64,000 bases of DNA from NCBI RefSeq assembly GCF_009914755.1, contig NC_060933.1; one strand, written 5' to 3'. Source of the DNA: the human T2T-CHM13v2.0 reference genome, Homo sapiens. Both the position numbers and the translations under genes were made by a program. Positions 16,778 to 43,532 of the stretch are shown here, piece after piece. A model generated the notes under the pieces. The model made no database searches. It worked only from the letters and a program-made list of their open reading frames with translations, and had not been told where the DNA came from. Position 1 is the stretch's first letter; every line of letters starts with the position of its first letter.

Positions 16778-17410
16778 AGACATGTATTTTCGTTTCACTT
16801 AATAACTAGGAGGAGAATTGCTAGGTCATCTGAAAAGCATATGTTTAACTTTTTAAGAAACTGCCACACTATTTTTCAAAATGGTTGTATCATTTTACAT
16901 TCCCACTAGCAATGTATGAGAGTTCTGATTGTCCTAGATCCTTGTTAATTATTTGGTATTATCAGTCATTTTAATTTTAGCGTTTTGTAGGTATGAAGTG
17001 ATATCGCATTATAGTTTTCTTTTGCATTTCTGTGATGGCTAGAGATTTGAGCGTCTTTTCGTGTGTTTACTGGCCACTCACATGTGATCTTTTGAATAGT
17101 GTCTGTTTAAATATTTTGTCCATTAAAAATTGTATTATTATTGAGTTGTAACAGTTCTCTGTATATTCAGGATGTCAATCCTTGGTGAGATATATGTATT
17201 GCAAATAATTTTCTCCCAGTTTATGCTCTTCCTTTTTCTTTGTTTAGTGTTGTCTTTAGAAGAGCTGAAGTTTTAAATTTTGATGAAGTTTACTTTACTA
17301 GATTTTCCTTTCATGGCCCTTCTTTTTGTGTCCTATTAAGAAACTATTTTATTCCTCAAGGTTTTGAAGAGTTTTCACCTGTTTCTTCTAAAAGTTTTAT
17401 AATTTTTGCT

Positions 17411-17757
17411 TTTTTTTCTGTTTTTTTTTATTATTATACTTTAAGTTCTGGGATACATGTGCACAATATACAGGTTTGTTACATATGTATACATGTGCCA
17501 TGTTGGTGTGCTGCACCCATTAACTAGTCATTTACATTAGGTATATCTCTTAGTGCTATCCCTCCCCCCTCCCCCCACCCCACGACAGGCCCCGGTGTGT
17601 GGTGTTCCCCACCCTGTGTCCAATTGTTCTCATTGTTCAATTCCCACCTATGAGTGAGAACATGCGGTGTTTAGTTTTCTGTCCTTGCGATCGTTTGCTC
17701 AGAATGATGGTTTCCAGCTTCATCTATGTCCCTACAAAGGACATGAACTCATCCTTT
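17411..17757 (-). mobile_element. Short L1PA (PA4/5-like) 3' fragment
   Basis: Poly-T plus 'attatactttaagttctgggatacatgtgc...aaaggacatgaactcatcc'. Degenerate T-rich TSD tttttgcttt/tttttacttt. Confidence 0.85.
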
Positions 17758-19992
17758 TTACTTTTAGAGTCTGTGAACCATTTCAAATTAAGTTTTATGA
17801 GTCCTACAAGGTAAGGGTCAGGTTTTTTTTTTTTCCTCCATATGAGTAGGAAGTTGTTACAACACTGTTTGTTGAAAAGACAGTTCTTTCCCTCATTGAA
17901 TGATCTTGCCACCTTTGTTGAAAATCAGTTGGCTTGACCTATGTGGGTCTATTTCTAGACTATATTCTGTTCTATTGATTTATATGTCTATTTCTAGCCA
18001 ATACTAAACTGTCTTAATTACCATAACTTTATAGTAAGTCTTAAAATCAAGTAGTACAGTTTCTCCAACTTTATTTTCTCAATATTTCTTAGGATAGTCT
18101 ACATCTTTTATATTTCTAAATAAGTTTTATGATAAAGTTGTCACTTCCTATGGAAAAAACGCCTTCTGGAATTGTTTTTGAGATTGCATCTATAGATTAA
18201 TTTGGGAAGAAATCAGATCTTAAAAAGATTTAGTCTGTTGATCTCTGAACATGGTATGTTTCTCCAGTTATTTAGGCCTTTAAATTTTTGGAGTACTATT
18301 TTGTGGTCTTCATTGTTTTATATGTATCTTGTTAAATTTAAATTTATCCTGAAGTAGTTCATATTTTTGGATGCCTTTAGAAATAGTAGTTTTTCAAATT
18401 TCAATTTGGAATTTTACATTGCTTCTATGTACATTGCTTGTAAGAATAATCTTACACATTGTTCTTGTATCCTGTGACCTTGCTAAATTGCCTGTTGGTT
18501 CTGGTAGCTTTTGTGTAGATTCTTTAGCATTGTCTATATACATGGTTTTGTCTATGATAAAGATAGTTTTACTTTTTCCTTTTCAACCCGGATGCTGTTT
18601 TTTTCCTTGCCTTATTATATTGGCTAGAATGTCCTGTACAATGTTGAAGAGAAATGGTGAGAGTAGACATCTTTGTTTTGTTTGTGACCTTAGTGGGAAA
18701 ACATTCAGCCTTTTAACTTAAATAAGATATTAGCTATTAAGCATCTTATAGATATCCTTTATGAGGTTAAGGAAGTTCTCTTTTATTTCTAGTTTGCTGA
18801 AAGTGTTTATCATGAATGGGTGTGGGATTTTGTCAAATGCTTTCTTCTGTATCATTTAAAATAATCATAGGGGTTTTCTCTTATATTCTGTTAATATAGT
18901 GGATTACATTGATTGATTATTAAAATGTTACATAAATCTTTCATTCCTGTGATAAACCCCATTTAGTCATGATGCGGTATCCTTTTTGCATATTACTGAA
19001 TCCATTTTTTAAAATATTTTCAAGGATTTTTTTCCAGTGTGCTAATGGATATTGGTTTGTAGTTTTCTCTGTAATTTTTTTCTCCTTTTTGTATTAACAT
19101 AAAATTGGGCTCATTAAATAAATGGAAAATAATTTCTCTAATCTCTGAGTTTATGTAGGTTTGATATTATTTATTGGTAAATGTTTGATAGATTCACTAA
19201 TGAAGTCATTTGGGCCTAGAATTTTCTTTAAAGGAAGGTTTTTGATAACAATTTCTTACATAGATATAGGGCTATGCAGATTTTCTATTTTACTTGTGTC
19301 TGTTTTACTAAGTTGTATTTATTACGGAATTTGCCATTTCACTTAAGTTTTTTATTGTTGGCATGAAATTGTTGATAATAGTTTTTTGTTATCCCTTTAA
19401 TGTCTGTAGAATTTGTGGTAATGTCTCCACTTTCATTCCTGATATTGGTGATCTGTGTTTTCTTTTTCTGTCTTTTAAAATCACTCTACCTAGAGGTTTG
19501 TCAGTTTCATGGATTTGTTTCAAAGACCCAGCTTTTGGTTTCATTGGTTTTTCTGTTTTAGATTTCATTAATTTCAGGTCTTTTTTATATCCTTCCTTCT
19601 GTTTACTTTGGGGTTTACTTGGTTCTTCCTTTACTATAAAGAAAATATTGATAAATTTGACTCCATAAATTGTTTTTTAAAGTTGCATGGCAAAAGCCAC
19701 TGTGGACAAAGTCAAAATATAGCTATCAAATAGCTGTGATAAAATACTTACAACATATATCAGAGGGCTGGTATGCCTGATATATAACAACCTCTTAAAA
19801 ATTAAGGGATAAAGGACCAAAACCTGATGGAAAAGTTAAAGGAAAGTTATCAACAGACAATTCACACAGAAAAGATCAGGAAATGTTCCTCAAACATATT
19901 AAAAAATGTGGAACTCATACTTGAGAAACATTAATTAAAATAACACTGAGATACCATTTCTCATTCATCAAAACTGGCACAAAATTTTAAAT

Positions 19993-20240
19993 TTGTATTT
20001 TATTTTAGTTTTGAGACAGGGTCTCGCTCTGTCACTCAGGCTGGAGTGCAGTGGCATGATCACGGCTCACTGCAGCCTTGACTTCCCAGGCTCAAGTGAT
20101 CTTCCCACCTCAGCCTCCTGAGTAGTTGGGACTACAGGTGTGTGCCACCATGCCTGGCTAATTTTTGTATTTTTTGTACAATTTTGGTTTCACTATGTTG
20201 CCCAGGCTGGTCTCAAACTTGGACTCAAGCAACCTTCCCG
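19993..20240 (-). mobile_element. AluJ, 5'-truncated, inside a sense L1M fragment (about 19640-20310)
   Basis: 'gagacagggtctcgctctgtc...gatcacggctcactgcagccttgacttcccaggctcaagtgatc' AluJ diagnostics. Confidence 0.85.
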
Positions 20241-23200
20241 CAAACGAAAAATTTAAAAGTCTGGCTACACATTCTGTTGATGAGGCTGTGGAGAATCAGG
20301 CACTCCTGCAAATGTTCTTTTTCAGTGTTTTCTGGATTTCTTCTGTGTTTGTGTTTTTTCAATATATTTTTAGCTATTCTTGTATATTGATATGAACTTT
20401 AATAGTTTGTCTAGCTCTGTAAAAAACCATGTTGATATTTTTATTGCAATTGTGTTTATTGTTTATTGCAATTTATAAGCTAATTTAGGGAGGCAGTTAT
20501 AGGAAGAAAAGCATGGAATGAGACAGGAGTGAGGACAGAGCCATAAAGTTCTCTAATATTTAGAGAAGGGAAATCTAGAATGGGAAATGGAAAAGGGGTG
20601 GTTGATGAGAGTTTTAAGGAGGAGGAGATAGTTTTAAAGAGCGTAGATGTGCTGAATACTGATGAGAAGTGTCTTCAGGTAATGTATTGTTTAATACATG
20701 AATGAGGGACACTGTTCTTAGGCCCTTTTGGGGATCCAAATAATCATATATACATTGAATAAGGTGTAATGTATACATTTTATTCATTGATGTATTGAAT
20801 AAGATGTATTATTGAACACATGAATGAGGGACACTGTTCTTAGGTGCTTTTGGGGATATGAATGATTATATAAACATTGAATAAGACCCAAATCCTATTC
20901 TTAAGACATTATTGTCTAAAAAGGAGCAGGAGATATGCTAACTTGACTTTTAAACTTTATGAGGAGAGGTACTAAGTTTGCAGTATTCATCACTGCATCC
21001 TTAGCATTGAGTCTAGTGTATATAGTTGATTTTTAATATATATTTGTTGACTGACTAATAAATGATCAAAATGCTCTTTCACAGGTTTATTTAATTATTC
21101 CACACTTAAAGATATACATTGAATAAGGTATAATGTATACATTTTATTCATTGATGCATTGAATATTATTCCACACTTAAAGATATATACCAGAAATGAA
21201 CAGTTCATTCACCTAGGTTTTTTTTTACATTTGTAAAAATGTAAACCCTATGATTTTAATTTATTTGAATCATTCATGTTAATAATTAGCGAAGTCTGAG
21301 GGAATAACATAATCTATGGAGAAAGCATAGAGTGATCAGAAAACCTACTTGAATATGCCATGTGCCGTTAGGGATTCATTTTAGGGCCAGGTGACTTTCA
21401 TTGGAAGATACTGATAAGGGCCTATTGGAATAGACACGAGTTACACTGAAAAGGATTATTTGAATTTGGGCAGGTGGAGACAGGAAGAAGTATGTTCTGG
21501 ATGAAGAGAGAGATTAATTGTGCAAATTTTTCTTTTATAGATATATTTCAGTATGCTTTGAATTATTGCTATGAAGTAGATGTTATATTTATTCATTCAG
21601 TGTATTCTCAGTGCTAGGCACTATAGAGAATATCAAAGTAGGTATAAGTGCCATATTGTGTGTCACATTTTACTGGACATTTTGAAATGGTGTAACTTGA
21701 GATATAAAGAATGTGGCAGAGCTTTAAACAAATTTCTTTACCTGAATTAATTTATATTTTGGGATATGTTAAAAATGCCAAAATATTTTTAGGGCTTCTA
21801 TTTTCTTTTGTTTCATCTCCTTTTTAAGTAAGAGACTATGAAGCCAAATACTATTTAATTTAGGTAATATACTTTTTCTTTTAATAGTTTGCTAAATAAG
21901 GAGACAGTTTTATATTTTATTTGTAAAAGAATAAGGATTTATTCTATTTGTCACAAGTACATTTGTCACCTTGTTAAATCAAGGTCTGATAAGAGGCTGA
22001 ATTCACAAAATTTTGTCCTTGAACTTCATGTGTCTATCTCAGCTGTAATTTCTGATGCCAGCAATACTTCTCAACTGAGTGATGAGTCTTTTGGGAGTGG
22101 AGATTCTATTAAAACACTTGAGTTTGAAAAATACTTATTATAGTTCATGTTCTCAGAAAATATTTTAAACCCTGACACTCTTCTCTTTTGGATTTTGTAA
22201 AAAAGACGTTGCTGTTTTCCTGACAGTAGACCATTGTTTTTGATTGGAATTCTATTATCTTTTATTTGCAGTTCCTTAAGTCAAGCTATGACCAAGGTAA
22301 TTATGCTAGTGTATCTCATTGTAACTATTTATTCTAAGGAATAATTTAATATAAAAAAGTCCTTAGATCTTATCCAATAATGGCATAAACTTGGAGGTTA
22401 ATGTTATATTTGGACTCCTCGTTTTACATTCTCTCCAGGTGTGTACACTCATTTATGCATTTACCTTTCGCTTGTATGATAAATGACTTCCAGATCTATA
22501 TCTATTATTTAAATGTTCCTGGGAAATCTCTATTACTGCCCTTTCTCTTCTTTACTGTTTGGTAATTACTGATTTACTTGCCTGTCTCTGGCTAGTCTGT
22601 AAGCTCCTTGAGGGCAGGGATTACATTCAACATCTTCTGGAAGACAGTTAATGCACAAGCAGAATATTTTAATCATATTGTTAGTTTTAGACTTAGTGCT
22701 GTATTGTACTTCAGTTTGCCCTTCTACAGTGTAACCCTTTTGGGGTCTTACTTTAAGCCTGAAGTACATCCCTGGGCAGTTTCACCTTGTCTGACCTTGA
22801 ATTCCAACTTATCTTCCCAGTACCAGGCAGCTGGCTGCTAAAGTATCTGCTCAGCTCTTTGGCCTCTCAGCTATTGCTGTCTGCTAGGCTTTTGGATTCT
22901 CATCCTTCTTATGTATGCAGAGTTTAGGGATTGGTAAATTCCCCCAGGGCAAATTGCACGAGGATTTTAGGGCTCACTTCCATGCGACATCCTCCTCTTT
23001 GGGCTGTATTGACCTCAGGTCCTTACAGCTTTGGCCTTCTCACATTCCAACCTATGGCTCCTTATCCCCCCTGGACTTCTGCTTTCTATTCCCCTGTGCT
23101 GTGAATTTAGGTACATATCTTCACAAGAAAAAGCAAGGGTAAATGTGGAACTCACTTTATTCAGCTTTTTTTCTCTTGAATAGTAGCCCCATCAGGTTCT

Positions 23201-24039
23201 GCCTATTTCAGTTGTTTCCCAGTGTCTTTTAGCAGTTACTTTATGTACTTCTGTCTTTTGTTGATTTTGGTGAGAGACTGAGTCCTGATATAAGCTATTT
23301 AATCATGACTGGCCTGAAGTCCATGGGCATGTATTTAAAAAAATTTTTTTTTTAAAAATTGAGTTCAAATTCACATAAAATTAGCTGTTTTAAAATACAC
23401 ATTTCAGTGACGTTTAGTACTCTCACAATGTTGTGTGTGGATGTGTTTTTAATTTATATAAATGATAGTACACTATGGCTCTTGTTTTGTGTCTCATTTT
23501 CACCTAACAGTATGTTCTAAGAATTTTTCACTTTTTCTTTTCTATTCTAAATATTGCATAGCATGCATTTAACTTATCTATTCCTTTTGTGATGAATATA
23601 TACTTTTCTTCCACCTCCCCACACTGTATTGCAACTAGTAAGAATTTATTCTTGATACCATTTTCCCCAAGCAGGTAGGTTATGTAGGGGTCTTCTTTGA
23701 AAATTTGATCCCCAGAATTTCTAGTTTAAGTCATTATCTGTGTTCTGGAGGAACTGACTCTTGGGGAAATTCCTGGATTCTTTGGAGCTGTTCTAGACTT
23801 GAAAGTTCTCCTCCCAGATTTATTTTGGCATTAGCCTAATTTCTTGAGTATATCTAAACATCTGTGAACACTGTGCATTTTGCCACATAAAGGAATAGGA
23901 GCACTCTCTACCCCTTGAGGTCTTGGTTCCTTTATATAAAAATATATGTGGAAAAAATTGGGGGACATTCTACAATCTGTTGAGGGTAGCATTCTGCAAG
24001 TCACTAAAAGTCTGTGACTTTAGATGATGATAGTCAGTG

Positions 24040-24250
24040 TATTTAGTAATCGAACTCAGAATCTGGATATTGCAAACTTCTTTACCACTTATTAGCTTTG
24101 TGATTTTGGGCAAGTTATTTAACCTCTCAGAGCCTTGGTTCCACATCTCAATGATGAGGGTAATAATAGAATAGTTGTTGGGTTAAAGTTAAAGAGAACG
24201 ACAATGTAAAGCACTTATCTTCGTTCTGACACATGTTAAATGCATAGTGA
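24040..24250 (+). mobile_element. MIR
   Basis: 'tagctttgtgattttgggcaagttatttaacctctcagagccttggttcc...gtaataatag' MIR core. Confidence 0.7.
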
Positions 24251-24524
24251 TGTTGATATTTTATCTTACTTCCTTTGAATACTAAATGCATTTTTGTGAA
24301 AGTGGTTATTCTACTCATTTGGCACCCCAAAATATGGTACCTTGTATTATTTTTAATGAGTTGTGTTATTTTCCATTAAGTAGAATCTCATGGAGAACAG
24401 AGATTTTACCAGAATCTAGCTTAGATTGCTTCCCCTGCAGATTACATTAATAATGCATTTTGATTTTTTTTCCTTTTGTTTCTCTCTCTTGAGAAACAGA
24501 AATCATTTGTATTTAAATTCAAAA

Positions 24525-24543
24525 TTAAACTTTTTTCCCCCAG
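24525..24543 (+). promoter_or_regulatory. TMEM38B: 3' splice acceptor of the TMEM38B terminal exon
   Basis: Polypyrimidine tract cttttttccccCAG immediately before ATA ACC ATG ATG. Confidence 0.85.
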
Positions 24544-24759
24544 ATAACCATGATGACTACACAGACTTCTACTATGACATTTGCTCCTTTTGAGGATACA
24601 TTGAGTTGGATGCTATTTGGCTGGCAGCAGCCGTTTTCATCATGTGAGAAGAAAAGTGAAGCAAAGTCACCTTCCAATGGCGTTGGGTCATTGGCCTCAA
24701 AGCCGGTAGATGTTGCCTCAGATAATGTTAAAAAGAAACATACTAAGAAGAATGAATAA
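24544..24759 (+). CDS. TMEM38B: Terminal coding exon of TMEM38B (trimeric intracellular cation channel B, TRIC-B)
   Basis: Phase-0 exon translating ITMMTTQTSTMTFAPFEDTLSWMLFGWQQPFSSCEKKSEAKSPSNGVGSLASKPVDVASDNVKKKHTKKNE*, recognised as the human TRIC-B C-terminus. Ends in a KKxx ER-retrieval motif. Upstream exons lie outside the window. Confidence 0.93.
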   Translation: MTMMTTQTSTMTFAPFEDTLSWMLFGWQQPFSSCEKKSEAKSPSNGVGSLASKPVDVASDNVKKKHTKKNE

Positions 24760-27300
24760 ATTTACGTGATGAGCTCTACAAGGCCAAAAATTTTTTTTCT
24801 TATCTACCTGTTATATTGTGCTAATTTTTCTATGTATGTGATGTGAAATGAAGACTATATATATGGAATGGAGGTGACAGAAAGAAAGAAATTCTTTGTT
24901 TGAGGGAGACTTCCCCTTTCTGGATTGTATTTGTAGAGTGTTACGAGTGTATCATGTGATTATGCTTTACCGGTATAAGAGATTCTGTTGTGATTATTTG
25001 AATAGTTTTATATTAATAAAAGAAGACAAAATTTTTTAAATGTTAGAAAAAGCAGATCTGTCATTGCAAAGTAACAAAAATTTTAAGCTTTTAAAAATGT
25101 AGATTTTTCATATTTTTAAAATTTGAATCTATTTGAGCTTTAGTTCAGCAGAATTAAATTTTTACTTGACATTATCATTAAAATTGCTAGGTATGGAGAA
25201 CAATTCCTATTTTATTTTGAACACTGAGAAGAGTAAACTTTTCCTAAAACACTTTATATTATAAATGAAAATAAATTGCTAGTTTATATTTTAGATATAA
25301 ACATCATATTTTTTATTAATACCTACATCAAATGGAAAATATCTGAAATTTTTTTTCCATAGCAGGTATTTTCTACTAGAAGTAGTTTTACTACTTTTCA
25401 TTTAGAACAGAGTATGAGTCTTAATCTGAAGTCTTTTTCATGCCCTTGTTTTAAAAAAACTACTTTTTTTGGCCTCAAAAAAATCAAGGGTGTAATTTTT
25501 AATAAATTGTTAATCCTATGTTTTGTAATTTTCATTTTAGGAGCTTGACTTATTTTTTTCTCTCTCATAAAAACACATTTGTTTTAATTGTAGGAGAAAT
25601 TTTCTCAGCATTTTGCATGTTCTTTCTAATCTTTGTTGGTCTGAATATATTGGTAGTAATTACTGTAATTATTCAACAAAAAGCATATCCGTTCAAAAAT
25701 TTTTCCACTATGTCTTTTTTCTAGTGGCTACTGTTTTAGTTTTCTAGTTGAATATCTCTGACAAGCTTTCGTATGGTTTTGTTATATTTTCATCTACATG
25801 TAATGTGTTATTAATTTTATTAAATGAAAACTAATCACCTTCATGTGGAAATGCTCTGAGAATTGTCCTTAGGCATTTGGTAGTAACCAGCTAACCAAGA
25901 AGAAACAGAGAAACCAGAACTTCATATGGCAGTCCATTTAGATGAAGAATGATGATATAAAATCTGGTTCCTTCTTAGCAAAATAAAAAACAAACAAGAA
26001 AAGATACTAAATGATGTTAATTTTCTTACTTTATGATTTAGAAGTCCAGTTATAATATTAAAACTCTGTGACATAGTTTCTTTTACCAAAACCATGAACC
26101 TACTCCCCGTATCAGGTATTTTCGATGGTTTAGAAGTACTCAAGTCACATCACATTCAAGTTAGAAGTTTTTTTTTTGTTGTTGTTATTTTAAATTTTTA
26201 ACAAATATAAACACCAGCAGATACTATTACTTGCTTAAAAAATTGGGAGGGGGCACTTTTCATAGTCTTGGAATGCTAAGAAGTTTTATTTTTAATATTG
26301 TGACAGAAAGCTTTAAGTATTTAAGAGCTCTGTATTATATTTGATACTCTTACAGTTAAAAACTTTTCAAAATTAATACATTGTTAATTATTGACCAGTT
26401 TTGAAGTTTGGGTTTAACTGTAGTTGAAATGGAAGGACTCTTGTTTTACACTTGTATTAAAGATAAATTTATTAAAATAAGTTATTTAGCACCAATGGAG
26501 TATTACATTATTTTTATGTTTTATATTTTTCTTGAGGTAGAGTTTCAGAACTCATCTAGTATTTTGACTAATATAGTATATATTCAGTGATTACTGTTCA
26601 AATGGGACATTGGTAGAAACTTTATTAATCTATGCAAGTATCCTATAACCCTCAATTCAAGGCTCTTTTGTAAAAAATGTACTGGAGAACATGGCTTAGG
26701 CCTGAAACCCATCCTGAATCTATTCAGGTCACCTGTAGAGTCTTGACTTGGATTTGCAAAGCAGATTGTTAGACTCCTTACCCAATGTGAAGTGTGAATA
26801 AGGCCTATAGGCCTGCCTCACACAGCTAATCAGAGGTGGCACTGAGAAAGTCAAGTCCTAATAGGTCTCCTTAAAAAAAAAAAGGAGACAAAAAGCTGGC
26901 AAGAACATGAGCCAGCTTCCCTCAGTGCTGTCACTCTCAAGTAAAACATGGCCAAATGAATATCAAACTGGTTTATCAGATTAGTCACTCTTCCTTACTG
27001 AGGGAGTATCAAGTAAGGGCTGGAGAGAGACCAGATATGTGGAGTTGTTGGCTTTCAGTGGAAATGGTAGCCTCCCTGTGGGTAGAGACCAAAAGGTAGA
27101 GAGATGACAGAAGGGAGACTCTGATTAGTGTATTTTTTTTTTGTCTATTCCTTAAAGCCCAGACACCTTTCCATTAAAATCTACTTCAAATCACAAGTTG
27201 ATTACAATTGAGTGGAACATCCCATGTTGTAAATGGAATAATGTGTTCAGAATGCTCTTTCTTTCCCCCAATAAAGCCCTTTATAGTGTTTGCCCCAGGT
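24760..27300 (+). other. TMEM38B: TMEM38B 3'UTR (AU-rich, several candidate poly(A) signals)
   Basis: Repeat-poor AT-rich stretch after the stop. AATAAA at about 25015, 25270, 25501, 25982 and 27270-27275. The distal end is inferred from the last signal before the L2/L1 repeats. Confidence 0.6.
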
Positions 27301-27319
27301 GTAATTCACATCCTTGGTA

Positions 27320-27645
27320 ATATTCATTCAGTTGTTTATTCAACAAATATTGAGTACCAGTTATGGGTCAATCATTGTCCTAGGCTCTGAAGATAACAGA
27401 AAACAAGAAAAATGCTTTCTCCCTTGGAGTTTATATTCCAGTGGCGGAGAGACAGATAATAAACAAATATACTCTTGTGGTGGCAATAAAAGTTACGAGT
27501 AAATATTAAGTAGGACATAAGGATAGAAAGTGAGGGGAGTGGGATTGTTTGTTACAATAGGACTGCCAGGCCTTTCTGTTAAGATTGCATTTTAGCAGAG
27601 ACCTGAAGGACATGAGGGAGCACACCATGTAGACTTGTGGGTAAA
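27320..27645 (-). mobile_element. L2 3' end
   Basis: 'attcattcagttgtttattcaacaaatattgagtacc...gtcctaggctctgaagataacag' antisense L2 tail. Confidence 0.7.
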
Positions 27646-27710
27646 TGTAAGGTTCATACTGATCCTTCATATACTTGATTTAAAGCATATATTCCCCCCA
27701 AATAATTGAA

Positions 27711-33757
<6,047 letters not shown>

Positions 33758-34369
33758 AATTTTACTCTGTAGTTTGTAACAGACATACTTCTTAAACAAT
33801 TTATTTTTTTACAGTTTTTTCTGTTGAGGTAAGGTTTGCATAAATAAAATGCACAAATAGTAAGTGTGCATACCATGAGTTTTGAAAAATGCATACAACT
33901 TTATAACCTAAACTTCTACTTAGATATGTTACTAGCACTTCTGGAAGATCCTTTCCAGTTAACTCCCCTACAACTGAACTTAATATAACTGAGTCATGCA
34001 ATATGTTCTCTTTTGTGTAGATTTCTTTACAACTCAGCATAATGCCTTTGAAATCATCCGTCTTGTTGCATTTATCAGTAGTTCATTCCTTTATAATTGC
34101 TTAGTAGTTTTACTCTATGGATATACCACAATTTTTATCCATTGATGTACATCAGTTCTGTTTCTTGTTTGGAGTTATCTGAATAGGTTACTCTGAACAT
34201 TTTTGTATAAGTCGTTGGTGAACATTTTGGTGAATGATTTATATTCCTTTGGGCACATACCCAGTAATGGGATTGCTGGATTGAATGGTAGTTATAAGTT
34301 CTTTGAGAAATCTCCAAACTGCTTTCCACAATGGCTGTAGTAATATACATTCCTACCAGCAGTATGTAA

Positions 34370-34851
<482 letters not shown>

Positions 34852-34885
34852 TGAGTTCTTTGCCACCACCCTGCACCCCCCCCCC

Positions 34886-35229
<344 letters not shown>

Positions 35230-35304
35230 TAATGCCACTGTGTTCCAAACGGAAATCTTAAGTTTTTCTGTAAGCAATGGTGAATCTCCTCATTAATGCC
35301 ATCA

Positions 35305-35402
35305 ATATATACATACATACATAACATACATACATGCATGCATATATATGTTTCAACTTCTATCTGTATGTCATCTAACTATATATATAGATATATAGAT
35401 AT
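35305..35402. repeat. (TACA)n/(TA)n simple repeat
   Basis: atatatacatacatacataacatacatacatgcatg...atatatatagatatatagat. Confidence 0.7.
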
Positions 35403-35750
35403 TTTCATTTTAGGTTCAGGAGGTACATGTACATGTTTGATACATTTGTATATTGCATGATGCTGGGGTTTGGGGTATGATTGATCCCATCACCCAGGGT
35501 AGTTTTTTAGCATTTGCCCACTTCCAATTCTCCCCTAATAGTCCCCAGTGTCTATTGTTCCCATCTTTGTGTCCATGTGTACCAAATGCTTAGCTCCCAC
35601 TTATCAGTGAGTATATATATTTGGTTTTCTGTTCCTGTGTTAATTCACTTAGCATAATGACCTCAAGCTGCATCCATGTTACTGCAAAGGACATGATTTC
35701 ATTCTTTTTTACTGCTTTTTAGTATTCCATGGTGTATATGTACATTTTCT
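35403..35750 (-). mobile_element. Older L1PA (PA13-16-like) 3' end; host of L1-C
   Basis: 'ggttcaggaggtacatgt...tatattgcatgatgctggggtttgggg' 3'UTR type. Confidence 0.7.
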
Positions 35751-41892
<6,142 letters not shown>

Positions 41893-43532
41893 TTTATTGT
41901 TTTTTGCTTGTCAATTTGTTTAAGTTCCTTGTAGATTCTGAATGTTAGACCTTTGTCAGATGCATAGTTTGCAGATATTTTCTCCCATTCTGTAGGTTGT
42001 CTGTTTACTCTCTTGATAGTTTCTTTTGTTTCCCAAGGCAGATGTCCAGAATGGTGTTTCCTAGGTTATCTTCCAGAGTTTTTAGTTTTCAGTTTTACGT
42101 TTACTTCTTTAGTCCATCTTGAGTTGATTTTTGTATATGGTAAAAGGAAGGGGTCCAGTTTTAATCTTTAGGATATGGCTAACCAGTTATCCTGACACCA
42201 TGTATTAAATAGGGAGTCCTTTCCCCGTTGTTTGTTTTTGTCAACTTTGTCTAAGATTAGATGGATGTAGGTGTGCAGCTTTATTTCTGGGTTCTCCAAT
42301 GTGTTCCATTCGTCTGTGTGTCTGTTTTTGTACTAGTATCATGCTGTTTTGGTTACTATAGCTTTGTAGTATAGTTTGAAATTAGATAGCGTGATGCCTC
42401 CAGCTTTGTTGTTTTTGCTTAGGATTGCTTTGGCTATTTGGGCTCTATTTTGGTTCCATATGAATTTTAGAATACTTTTTTCTAATGCTGTGAAAAATGT
42501 TGTTGGTAGTTTGATAGGAATAGCATTGAATCTGCAAATTGCTCTGGGCAGCATGGCTATTTTACCAATATTGATTCTTCCTATCCATGATCATGGAATG
42601 TTTTTCCATTTGTGTTGTCTCTGATTTCTTTCAGCAGTGTTTTGTAATTCTCACTGTAGACATCTTTCACCTTCCTGATTAGCTGTATTCCTAGGTATTT
42701 TATTATTTATTATTGTTATTTTGTGGCTATTGCAAATGGGACTGAATTCTTGATTTGGCTCTCACTTGGACATTATTGGCATCTAGAAATGCCACTAATT
42801 TTTGTATGTGATTTTGGTGCCTGAAACTTTTCTGTAGTTGTTTATCAGATCTAGGAGGCTTTCAGCAGAGACTCTGAGGTTTTCTAGGTATAAAATCATA
42901 TCATCTGCAAAGAGAGACAGTTTGACTTCTTCTTTCCCTATTCAAATGTCTTTTATTTCTTTCTTTTGCCTGATTGCTCTGTCTAGGACTTCCAGTACTA
43001 TGTTGAATTGGAATGGTGAGAGCAAGCATCCTTGTCTTGTTTGGTTCTTCAGGGGAATGCTTCCAGCTTTTGTCTGTTTAGTGTGATGTTGGCTGTGGGT
43101 TTGTCATAGATGGCTTTTGTTATTTTGAGGTATGTTTTTTCGATGCCTAGTTTGTTGAGGATTTTTGGCATGAAGGTATATTGAATTTTATTGAAAGTGT
43201 TTTCTGTGTCTGTTTAGATGATCATGTGTTTTTTAAGTTCTGTTTATGTGACGAGTCACATTTATTGATTTGTTTATATTGAACCAACCTTGCATCTGTG
43301 GAATAAAGCCTACTTGATCATGGTGGATTAGCTTTTTGATGTGGTGCTGGATTCCTTTTGCTAGTATTTTGTTGAGGATTTTTGTATCTGTGTTCATCAT
43401 GGATATTGATGTAAAGTTTTCTTTTTTTGTGTGTTTTTGGTGGGTTTTGGTATCAGAATGATGCTTGCCTCATAGAATGAGTAAGGGAGGAGTCCCTCAT
43501 TCTCAGTTTTTTGGAATAGTTTCAGAAGGAAT
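41893..43532 (-). mobile_element. Older L1PA ORF2 continuation, cut off by the satellite
   Basis: ORF 42339..42554(-) '[28 protein letters not shown]'. Ends abruptly at 'ggaatagtttcagaaggaatac'. Confidence 0.8.
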
